NCBI RefSeq assembly: GCF_009914755.1
Contig: NC_060929.1
DNA: 64,000 bases
Strand: one strand, 5' to 3'
Source of the DNA: the human T2T-CHM13v2.0 reference genome, Homo sapiens
Below, piece after piece: positions 53,670-64,000 of the stretch. The translations under genes and the position numbers were made by a program. Positions within the stretch are counted from its first letter, which is position 1; every line of letters starts with the position of its first letter. Under the pieces are notes generated by a model. The model was not told the DNA's origin, did no database searches, and saw only the letters and a list, made by a program, of their open reading frames with translations.

Positions 53670-54046
53670 AGTCAGTGTGGCTGTTTACAAGATATGCCAG
53701 CTGTCTGTCCTGGGATGTGGTAGGTTGTACTTCCTGCTCAAGTAAAGTCAGGACTAGCAATGTGACTCACCCTTGCCATGGAAGAGTGAGCAGGAGTGTG
53801 TATTCACTACCGGGCAGAAGCATTCAGAGGCAGTGCAATGCTTCATGACACTCTCCTTTCCCTCTGACATAGTGAACCTCAGCATTCAGGACTGTGGTTG
53901 CCATCCTGGGATCTGGGGCAACAAGAATGAGCTGGAACCTTGCCAACCCACAGTGGCTATGGAAAAGAGATAATTTTTGTGTTTTAAGCTACTGAGGTTT
54001 GACGGTTGTTTGTTACTGCAGCAGAACCTGGCCATTGTAACTGATT
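53670..54046 (+). mobile_element. MLT1I/J-like LTR
   Basis: gggcagaagc..cagagg.agtg...ttttaagctactgaggttt...tgtttgttactgcagca. Confidence 0.65.
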
Positions 54047-54059
54047 TAGGTGAAAATCA

Positions 54060-54508
54060 CTGATGTTACCTGAGACGATGGTAGATGGTGCACAGAGGTG
54101 ACATTAAATTATACTATATTCCTCAGAGAGAACACTCTTCCCTTTATAGCTATGTGGATTACACCAAGGAGTATGTTTCAGTGTGGTGCTAGGTTGTCTT
54201 TCATGCTTTTCCAATACGTCCTATGCTCCCTTTTTAACAAAGAGAGAGCAGGCACAGGTTCAAGTGTCTGTATTTAGCTAAAATTTCATAGGGTAGTTTT
54301 AAAATGGAATTTAATGTTAGGGTTGCCTTCCATTTATGGTGAGGAATTATAGTTTTCCATTTACGGTAATGATGTAAAATTTTTAAAATTGTAAGTAGAG
54401 AAAGTGAGTCATTTTAAAGACTTACATAAAGCTAATAAAATGCAGGTGGTACACATGTACAGCAAAAATCATAAAGCTGACTTGCAAATGACTGAAGCCA
54501 GGGGAGTA
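54060..54508 (+). mobile_element. MER113-like hAT element
   Basis: ctccctttttaacaaagagagagcagg...ttttccatttacggt...caggtggtacac. Confidence 0.65.
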
Positions 54509-55409
54509 GAGCTCATAGCCTATGGCAACATCTCTTGCAGAAGTGAAAGCGTTCTGTCAAGGCAAAAAGTATAATAATAATAACAACATAACATTAATAA
54601 TATTTCCAGACATCCTTCTAACAATAAGGTAAAAGCAGCCATTTCACCATATAATTCAGAGAGGTATATAGTATAATCCTATGTCCACTACACCATCCAG
54701 TGCTGGGTGCACAGTAGGTGCCCAACCAATGTCTGTTAAATGAGTATCAGTTAGCAGCACTCGATAAGATTGAAATGCTCTCTCAGATGGGTGGGCTGCA
54801 GTCTTAGAAAGATGTTAGCTCTGCTCAGCATGTTGAAAAGCTTCTGCGAGCACATCTGGGAGAAGAGGCAGAGTTCTGCAAACAGAGGTGAAGAAAGCGA
54901 GGAACCCCCAGTGTGGCTTGTGGGGATTGGGGATTGGACAATGGGAAGAGAAGCCACAGATGCTGGGGGCTGCTGGCCAGGTGGAAATGGGGAGAAGTCC
55001 CATGTGGGGTGTGTGTGTGTTGTGGGGGATTTGGGAAAGGATGATGGAGAACATCATCAACCTCATATGAGTTTTAAAGCTGTTTGCATGAAGTATGCAA
55101 TGGAAATCCACTCTTTCTCACCCTCCACCACCAATGGTTGTTTCACACCTCCATTTGCACAGTCCCACTCCTGCTTAGCAAGGGAGAAGGGAAGATTGCA
55201 GGAATCTTGGAGAGGCTCAGGCTTTCCAGGGCTGTGGAACTGTAGGTAGTTCTATTGTGATTTCAAAAATTGATGAGGCTGTGGCTGCCTCCTGGGTTAC
55301 ACAGAAGCGAGTGAGTGAATGAATGAATGAATGGTGACGATTGCACACAAGGGTGTGATGCACCCAGGGGCACTTCTGACTGTGGCCATGAACAGTGGGT
55401 GGCAAGTCT

Positions 55410-55922
55410 TATTTTTCAATGGTGGCTGTGCCAAGATGTTTCATCACACATGCTCTTCCATAATGTGACCTTGACTCTCCTTTCATGGGGAGGTGGTGTC
55501 CATGTCCCCTTGTATGTGTGTATGTAAGCTTGTGATGGCTTTGACCGATAGAATACAGTGAAGCGATTACTGACCAAAGGATAATACGGCTTCCTCATTT
55601 TGGGACATTCATCCTTTGAACCCTGGGTTACCACATTAAAGGAAAGCCAAGCCGTATGGAGCAACTGCGTGCAGGTGCTGTGTTCTGCAGGCTTAGCTTT
55701 AGGTCATTCCAATGCAGACTTTTAGAAAATTCCAGTTTATAGCTGTCAACTCTCCTCCAGGCTTCAAGTCTTCCCAAGTGAGGTTCCAGACATCTAGGAG
55801 CCAACCCTGCAGTACCCTGTCTAAATTCCAGACCCAGGGAACATAGGAACATAATGAAATGATTGTTTTCAGCCGCTAAGTGTTGGCGTAGTTTGTTATG
55901 CAGCAATTGGTATCTGAAACAC
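55410..55922 (+). mobile_element. MLT1H/F-like LTR
   Basis: atgtgaccttgactctcc...tttgaccgatagaatac...gtttgttatgcagcaat. Confidence 0.65.
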
Positions 55923-56050
55923 AGCAACTGGGTGCTCCCCACGTCAGAGTCCTCAGCCTACAGCAACAAGCCTGAAACCAAGCAGGGGCTCAATAACAGC
56001 AGTTGAGTAAATGGGGAGGGAATATTGGAATGAATCAGCATGCACCTTTA

Positions 56051-56211
56051 TGTTTTATATTTTATTAATTTTATTTCATTATTTATTTTTTATAGAGATG
56101 GGTGTCTTGTTATGGTGCCCAGGCTGGTCTCAAACTGCTGGCCTCAAGCGATCCATCTGCCTTGGCTTCCTTAGCAGCTGCTATTACAGATATGAGATGC
56201 CGTGACCTACC
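56051..56211 (-). mobile_element. FLAM free left Alu monomer
   Basis: Single monomer with AT-rich tail; degenerate 15-bp TSD cagcatgcaccttta / cagtatgaaccttta. Confidence 0.85.
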
Positions 56212-58009
56212 CAGTATGAACCTTTAAACTCTGTTCATATGTGGGTTTGGTTTCCTTCGGGGACCCCTTCCATCCTCTTACTGTGTGACTACGTAAACAC
56301 ACGGGGCACCAAAGCTTTTGTGGTACCTGGATACTCCAGAACCATGAAACAGTATCTCTTTTTCAAGGGGCCTCTGACATGATTTCCGCTCACAGACTAA
56401 CTTCTCTGATTTGACTGAGAAATTTGGTAGGAATGAGAAGATTGCCTGCTAATGCAAGTGGGTAAAGGTGAAGGGTATGCAGAAAGGAAATATGAAAGGA
56501 AGGGATTTGAACACTCAGCAAGCTATGTTGTATCATGGTATTTTCTACCAAAATGAAGTTCTGTGTAGCAGCTTTATGAGGCCACTAACAAAGTGCACTA
56601 AAAAGGCTGTTCACAAACTCTCCCCTCTAAGTCACTACAGCCCACCTCTCCACCCAGCTGCCAGGATTGGGGAAGAAATTGCTCCTGGTGAAATCCACCC
56701 ACTTTCATTTAAGTCTCAGTCCTGAGTGGAAGCAGTATGTTAGCCAGGATGACTTTTCAAGTGCCGTCCAATGCCAGTTTACTTGACTCGCCCCAAAGCT
56801 GCTTTGCAATTGCTGTTAAGAAATCTAACCCTGAAGAGGATTTACAAGGAGCCAGGAGTTTCCCTACCTGGACAACACCAGAGGGCAACGTCCGGCTCAG
56901 GCAGTTGTCTCCTGGCTGAGAAGGAATCATGCTGCGTTCCCAAGTCAGGAGGCCAACTTCCTTCAACAGAGGGCCACACCTGCACTTTAATAACAAAATT
57001 GCTGCATCCAGGGTCTCGCTGCCCTTGGAGGTTTCCCTGAGATGTGACCCAAGAGGAGTTGGGAACATTTGCTGACTACAACCTGGTGGAAATAACTGAA
57101 TGAGGCCGAACTGTGCTGTGGGGAAGGGATCTCTTTGAGAAATCCTCACATTGTAAGTCAACTGTGAAAGTGTGTTGTCAACTAGAGCCTTGGAAAGAGG
57201 GAGTCTAGTTCAGCTACTCTCTTACTGGCAGGATATTCAGTAAATTTTGAGTTTCTCAAAGCAGAGAAGTATGCAGCTAATTCATTCCTCATAAACTGAA
57301 ACCTCAATCTTAAAATATGTTTCATGCTGATTTATCAAAAACTGTATAAGCTGGTGGCAACTATGGGCCAACTGTAATGCTACAGCATTGACATTAGATG
57401 TTACAAATGTCCAGACAAAAAGTATCATAAAGTCAATAGATAAAAAGTGCAAGAAAATTTCAAAAATATTATACAAATATAGATATTTGGTAACATAATT
57501 TTTTTACAGGGGGGAGATGAAAGCTCTTGGAAGTGGAGACAGGAGTCATTACTTGTCTGCAAGAAGATGGAGGAAACTGTCTTAGAGAAATTTCTCTAAA
57601 AACAACTGTGTGTGTTGAGGACATGAATTCACAGATACGTCTCTGTGGTTGTACAGTCAGACCCCAAAGGCCATTCTCCAGTCTCTAGACTGCCTGCTAA
57701 GGATGTGTATTCTGTTAGCTAGCCACGGTTAACCAGGATGGGGAAGACATGTTTTGGGGAAAGGCTGCATTGCTTGACCCAACAGAAAGGAGACGGAGCA
57801 TTTGTGGGGAAGCTTGGAAGAGGAATATCATCAGAGGAAGCATGAGAGAGGGGAGCTTGGGCACTAGGCATGTCTAATAAGAACTGGAGGAACTGTTCTA
57901 TGGGGGATACAGAGTAACATCTCCTGCATTTCCCTCATGGAAAATCCGCTTGAATTTCTTTGTGGAAAAATGGATTAGAGATAAGAGCCTGGGTTGACTT
58001 GGATTCTAA

Positions 58010-58155
58010 ATAGAATCTCGGAGTTGAAAGGAATTTTAAGAGGCTACCAAGCCCATCCCCGATAAAATTAGGAACCCTTTCCCAGACACCCCTTGGAGGT
58101 ATGAGCAGTCTTGTTCAAACACTTCCAGAAGGGAAGGCTCACTTCTTTAGGATGC
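58010..58155 (-). mobile_element. L3/CR1 3' fragment
   Basis: tagaatctcggagttgaaagga...aaacacttccagaagggaaggctcac. Confidence 0.5.
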
Positions 58156-58654
58156 AAACAGGGCCATGGAGGAACTTCCAGTATTGGGTTTGCTTGTTTG
58201 ATTCTGAAGGATTGTAAATAATGAAGCAACTATATACTTCATGGTGGGGAATGGAGGGTGTAAAAGTAAAGTCATAGTAAAGTCACAATAGCTACTGGGT
58301 ACAGGATTCCTGGTAGGTGTCAAGCATTTAACTTATATTATGTCATTAGGGTCTTAAGGAAGGTCATTCCCTCTGTTTTGGAGATACACAAATGAAGGTC
58401 TTGCAAGCCCAGCTTATTGTCCTGAATTCACAGAGCTAGTATGAGGAGTGGGGGAGTCAGGATTTGAACTCAGGCCTCTTTGAGGTTTTCACCCCATCAC
58501 GGTTTCTTCCGTGTTGTCTTTATTAGGAAATCCCCACTCTGCCAACATTTGTGAGAAAACACTTGTTCTGCAGAGTGACAGGCTGGACATTACGGCTGAC
58601 TGTGGTCTCTGCTCCTTAAGAGGAACAGAGAGAACTTCAACTCATTTGTAAAGG

Positions 58655-58880
58655 GAACTTGGAGAATATATAATCCCTGAGAAAAGTTTAAAATAACTGA
58701 GATGATTTCACTTGGAGAAGACTGATTATATGAGTCTTCAGGTTTATAAAAGATTTTTAGGGACGGTGGCCACCAGCTGTTCTCCATCTCCACTCTGTAC
58801 AGGAGAGAAAAAATTGGCTTAGCCTGAGGGTGTCTATATGGAAGAATTCCTGACCCTGGAATGGGTCAATGTGGAAAACA
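58655..58880 (+). mobile_element. CR1-type (L3b-like) ORF2 3' fragment
   Basis: cttggagaaga...gtcttcagg...ccagctgttctccatctcc...ggaagaattcctgac. Confidence 0.6.
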
Positions 58881-59415
58881 AAATAGGACAGACCTTTCTT
58901 CTGAGTCCACCAAACGGAGAGCAGCGTCACCCTGGTGTGTGTGGGCTTTTTAGAAGCCAACATCTGCCTTACTAATAGGGCTTACTGGGTGTGTACCTCA
59001 GGATTTTGTCTCTGACAGAAGCACACAGGGTTGGAGGGGGAGTGTCGTGGGATCCTTCGAGGATCTTCCCTGACAGAAGCTCCAATGGGGCTTTGTCTCC
59101 ATTATAGCCCAGTACCGCTTGATAATGATGGACACCACCTAGCACCAGGGGATTATGCTCAGGTACATGCCAGTGTCACCAGCTACGTACCTGGCTGGGG
59201 AACACTGGACAAATTATATAACTTCTATGAAGCTCAGTTCCCTGGTCTGAAAAACTGGGGCTCACAGTACCTCGTAGGATTCTGGGAAGAGGTAATGAAT
59301 TCATCTGTGTGTAGGTCTATAGAGCACCTCCCGCATAGTTGGCACTCAGTACAGGATCATCCCTGCCCTCATCACCCAAATCTCTAGGATTTAAGTGCAG
59401 TCTAAATAAACTCAA

Positions 59416-59712
59416 TTTTTTTTTTTTTTGAGATGGAGTTTTACTCTTGTCGCCCAGGCTGGAGTGCAGTGGCGCGATCTTGGCTTAGTGCAACCTCTGC
59501 CTCCCAGGTTCAAGCGATTCTTCTGCCTCAGCCTCCCAAGTAGCTGGGATTACAGGCACCTGCCAGCACAGCCAGCTCATTTTTGTATTTTTAATAGAGA
59601 CAGGGTTTCACCAGGTTGGTCAGGTTGCTCTCGAACTCCTGAGCTCAGGTGATCCGCTGGCCTTGGCCTCCAAAAGTGCTGGGATTACATGCGTGAGCCA
59701 CTGCGCCCGGCC
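59416..59712 (-). mobile_element. AluS (Sq-like), full length
   Basis: ctcttgtcgccc diagnostic; degenerate TSD aataaactca/aataagctct. Confidence 0.93.
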
Positions 59713-60702
59713 AATAAGCTCTATTTTTGACAGTGATTTTGAGTTGAAGAGTTCTACAAGATTACTCTCTCAGAGACCTAGTCAAAGATTCAAAGGGTGC
59801 AACTTAGATTTGTGATATGGGAGATTTGGTGATGGAGTTTGTGTCCACTCTCTCCACGATCCTCATGTAGTTCAGACCTTGGACCTCGCTGCTCTCAGCC
59901 AAGATCTTCCTGGACCAGAGCACCTAGGCTCTTTTAGAGCTCACTTTGCTGCCTCACACTTCAGTCCACCCACCAATGTTGTTGTCTCTAGTCCCCTCTG
60001 GGTCTCTAGTCCTTAGATACAGATTACAGGGAGGCTCCGAGTGATCTCATGTGAGACTCAGTTCCTACCCCACCTCCCCCACAGCTTGCCGAATGGCCTC
60101 AAGTCAAGACACTTAATCTTCCTGAGCCATGGTTGCCTCATCTGTAAAGTGGAAATGAAAATCTTGCAGCCTGTCCTATGGATGGAATTAGAGCTGGCAG
60201 ACCACCTGGCACAAGCCTTACATACCGCTGCCAAATAAATGTTGAGAACAGGGCAATGTTTTCAGGATTGTTCCCAGCTCCAGGCCATCGCTGAGCCACG
60301 TGGGAGGGTCTCCTGAGTCCACCAGACTCTGAGCATACATCAGCCTGAACTGGCTTAGAAAGGAACCCCCTTTTCTCCTCTCCCTAAGTCCTTCTCTTCC
60401 ACACAAGAGGAGCTTCCTACCTCCTGCAGAGGTGTTAGGAAGAGAGCTTCTGCAATCTTCTCTTGTTACCTTAGTTTCCCTGGAAACATGCCTTAGTTTC
60501 TCTGGAGCTGCTAATCTGACTGGCCAGTGTTGTTCCCAGGGGACAGAGTCACTGTCTTGGCTGACTTCGCTGGCTGCGGCCAGGCCTCTGGCTGGCCCTG
60601 TTTTCTTCCTGAGATCTCTGCTATGGACGTTGCCTTCAGGATCTCACACCCCCAACACAGTCTTCCAGGAGGCCAGCCTGTGAGGGGGTGATTAGATGCT
60701 TA

Positions 60703-60900
60703 CTTAGCCCTTAAGCCTGCACTATTGACATTCTGCGTGGGCTAATACTTCGTTGTGTGCATCGTGGGGTGTCTAGCAGCATCCCTCTCTATCCACTAGA
60801 TGCCAGTAGCATCTGCCACCCCAGTTATGACAAGCAAAATTCCCACGTCCCTGGGGTAGGGGGACCAAGGAAGGGGACTCACTCTTGACTGAGAGCCTTC
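60703..60900 (-). mobile_element. MER20 DNA transposon
   Basis: cactattgacatt...tagcagcatccct...ccactagatgccagtagc. Confidence 0.75.
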
Positions 60901-61169
60901 GAATTAAGCTGAGACTGGGATCTATGTTTAGATGGTGAGCCTCCTGTTCATTGTCTCTATCAGGACTAAAAAGAGGGAGAAGGGGATTTTACTCCCACCA
61001 ACCCTACAACTGTTGACTGTGCTACTGGGTGGCTAAGTGAGAAGCCTTCTTTAGTTTCTAAATAGCAAGAGAGAAGCAGAGAAAGAGGCAGAGAGACAGA
61101 GAGAGAAAAAGAGTGAGGCAGAGAGGGAAACTGAGGCAGGAGCCAGCAGCAGAGGACTTCCATGAAAGA

Positions 61170-61960
61170 CCCAAGGGCGCCGGGCATGCAGGAGCAGAGT
61201 GAAGAGGCGGGGCTGCCTGTGCCTGGGTAAATATGCTCTCTGGGATGGAAGGGCTGGCAGGTAAATATTAGTGACCATCTCGGCAGCAGCTCTTGGGGCA
61301 ACCCGAGGCGAGGAAGGACACACAGCCCCTTTTACAGAAACCACATTTTTTTTCCTCCCTCTGTCTCCCTGCCCAGCCAGTCCCTGCGAACTGCCCGGCG
61401 CGTCCTGCCTTGCCAGACCCTCTGCCCGGGGTCATCCGCAGCCCGCGGGCGCCATCGGCTCCAGGCACACATCACCCGTGCTGGAACCCCAGCGTGTGGA
61501 GACCGGAGGCCAAAGAAACGAAACTCCCCACGCTGCGCCGTGGAGAATAATCACTGCCTTTTCAGAGGCCGACTTCGCCCCCTGCCAAGGCAAGAACTGT
61601 CTCGCCACCTTTCAGTTCTTGTTAAAAAGCAGAAGGCATGTCAGGGCCAGGCCGGGCCTCGGGACAGAGAGGGCTTTCTTCGCAGCCCTGGATGAATCTC
61701 AGTGTCTTAATGAAAGCTCTTATTAGCCCCAGCTGGCGTCCCATTTTCCCGAGCTGGAATAAAAAATTGCCTCGGTCATCCTTTCCCAGACTAATTTCAA
61801 AAGCATAATTACCATCATCATAATTGATTACTATTTATTTTGGTCATTAATAGTCGTGCACTCCCTTGTTAGGTGTGGATTAAATGATCCAAGAACATTT
61901 AGGGCACGTGGCAGCTGTATTTGTTTTCCCTCATTCCACACACCTCCCGCCCCTGGCCCT
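61170..61960. promoter_or_regulatory. Candidate cis-regulatory element: small CpG-rich block plus a homeodomain-motif block
   Basis: 17 CpG counted in 61381-61560; GC box ~61204; GTAAATA at 61227 and 61261; multiple TAAT/ATTA cores at 61790-61852; no repeat similarity recognised. Confidence 0.55.
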
Positions 61961-63906
61961 TTCAGGGTAACCCCTTGATTTCATGACACCCAGAGAGTCT
62001 CTCCCTGGCTTTAATGTTCAAACTACTGAGCCACGGTGGCTGATCGGAGTTGGGGTGAAAGGCTGGGGGTTCTAAAAGGAATGAAGAGGGTCCTATCGGG
62101 GCTAGAAAGGGCAAGAGGGGTGCATCGGCCTAACTTGTCTTGGGGGAGAAACAAAACAGGAGCGGGCAGAAGAAAGAGAACTTTACCATAACCAGAGTGT
62201 TGTTTCTTCTCTCTGACCCCTTGAGAGAGGCAGTTCCCAAGCATCTCTCACTTACTTGGGCACTTACTTTGGGATAATTGGTGTCTTTTGCTTTCAAGAC
62301 AGGGAGCTTGGGAGATGTCTGCGCAAGGATCACAAGGTCCCCCCGAATACTCAAAATAGGTGAGTAGCTCCCACTTTGCCAAAACTCTTCAGGCCCCATC
62401 AGATGAACGTCCTGGAGGAGGTTAGCTGAATTCACACCCACTCCTGAGTTGTAGCAATTTTACTTCCACATCATCCCATCTACTGTTGGCTACTTAGCGC
62501 CTGAAAGGCTCTGGAGGTTCCGAAAATAAAGACAAGTAAGTAGAGGTTGAAAGCTTTAAATTCCCAGAGGCCAGGCTCTTAAATCTCTTGCCTCCTGCTA
62601 GGCAGAGACAATGGGTCCAGGATGGGAATTGGATTCAGGCTAAGCCAAATGAAACCATTCTTCAGGGAGAGGGATTTCGCCAGTACCCAGGGAGAAGCTG
62701 ATTTCAGAGATGCAGACAGGGTCTTGGTAGCATTTGAGACCCTGCTTTCAGTTATTTCTGAAGCCTGGAGTAGAGACACAGAATAGCTAGACAAGTTGTA
62801 TCCTGCATAGCTCCAGGAAGTGCCCTTCATCTGGCCACTGTGAGATAGTGGCCATTGGGGTTGTGCAGCATGCAGCCTGCACAACTGTACATGGCGACCC
62901 CATCTGGCAGCATCCCTGCTCTTTCTTCAGCTTACTTAGAGCTTACCCTGATACCCTGTTATTAAACTCCCCTTTCTGCCAAATCCAATCGGAATTGGAT
63001 TTATGCCACTCAAACAAAATGAGACCTAAATAATATGATGAGAATAGTTATCTACAACCACAAAGAAAAAAAAAAGATGTAATATCTTCCCACTCCCACC
63101 CCCAGTTCATTCTAGATCACAGGAAGGAAGTACTTGTCTTTCTTAGCTATTAACTCTCAATTACTAGACATTTAGGGAGTCAGGAGTGGGGGTGGAGAAG
63201 AAGCATAGATGCCAGTTTGCACCCCCACCCTCAGCCACAGTCCTGGGGTGCCAGGCCCTGTGGAGCTGCCAGGCTGTGCCATGCAGAGGGTGGGTGAATG
63301 CAAGCACTGTCTGGAAGGCCTTCAGGCTGGCTGCATGGGAACAGCTGCACAGCCCCATGACGGGTGTCAATATCAAGGGAGACTCCACACTTTCCAGGGG
63401 GAATGGGGCTGAGAGAATGCGGGACTCTGGCCAGAAGAGATGGAGCTCCGGAGGGGCGGGGAATGCGGAGAGAGAAGGAAGGTCGCCAGGCAGAATCGCT
63501 GCACATCTAGACCCAGGGGAAAGAGAACGAGGAAGAGTCTTGAAGAAACTTTAAATTCACAGTTCCTGCATTCAACTCCTCTAAGGGCTTTCTGAGTCTC
63601 CCTAGTGAAATATGTAGACACTAAGTTTCAGGAAAGAACAATAATAAAGGGCATTTTTAAAAGCATGTGTGTGTATGGGGGGCAGGGGGAGCACTGGCAG
63701 AGTTCTTAGTGAGAAGACAGAGGGGAAAGAATTCAAGCAATCTCAAGGAATGTAAATAAATGTTCTACAAAGAGATGCGGGGTGGCGCAGGGTCATTAGT
63801 GTGGATTTTGAAATCGGCCTCACCTGGCTTTTCAGCACCTAGTCCCTGAGGTCTGCATGATCAGTCCCACTTTACTCTGTTTATTGGAAATAAGTTACTA
63901 AGTCTT

Positions 63907-64000
63907 GGCCAGGCGCAGTGGCTCACACCTGTAATCCCAGCACTTTGGGAGGCTGAGGTAGGAGGATCACCTGAGGTCAGGAGTTCAGGACCAGCCTGGC
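63907..64000 (+). mobile_element. Alu 5' end, truncated by window end
   Basis: ggccaggcgcagtggctcacacctgtaatcccagc. Confidence 0.95.

Overview
This is human genomic DNA: a near-consensus AluYa5 at 52617-52919 points to human, and Alu, L1, MIR, L2, L3/CR1, MaLR/ERVL LTRs and hAT MER elements are all present. The window looks intronic or intergenic, and more than half of it is recognisable interspersed repeat. I find no credible protein-coding gene, RNA gene, CRISPR array or prokaryotic system. The six-frame ORFs are explained by repeats, low-complexity sequence or chance. The best non-repeat signals are (1) a small CpG-rich block followed by a homeodomain-motif (TAAT)-dense block at about 61.2-61.9 kb, (2) a homotypic bHLH E-box cluster with an RFX-like site at about 49.1-49.5 kb, (3) other enhancer-like motif clusters and CTCF-like sites, and (4) candidate non-coding + strand exons, best at 29.2-29.7 kb. 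Several structural oddities are directly visible: perfect palindromes, an internally deleted Alu with an intact TSD, a collapsed L1 carrying an inverted ORF2 piece, nested LTRs, and an inverted Alu pair created by a very young insertion. Repeat subfamily names come from remembered consensus sequences rather than a database run, and boundaries of old repeats are approximate. I cannot identify the chromosomal locus and do not claim a novel biological system.
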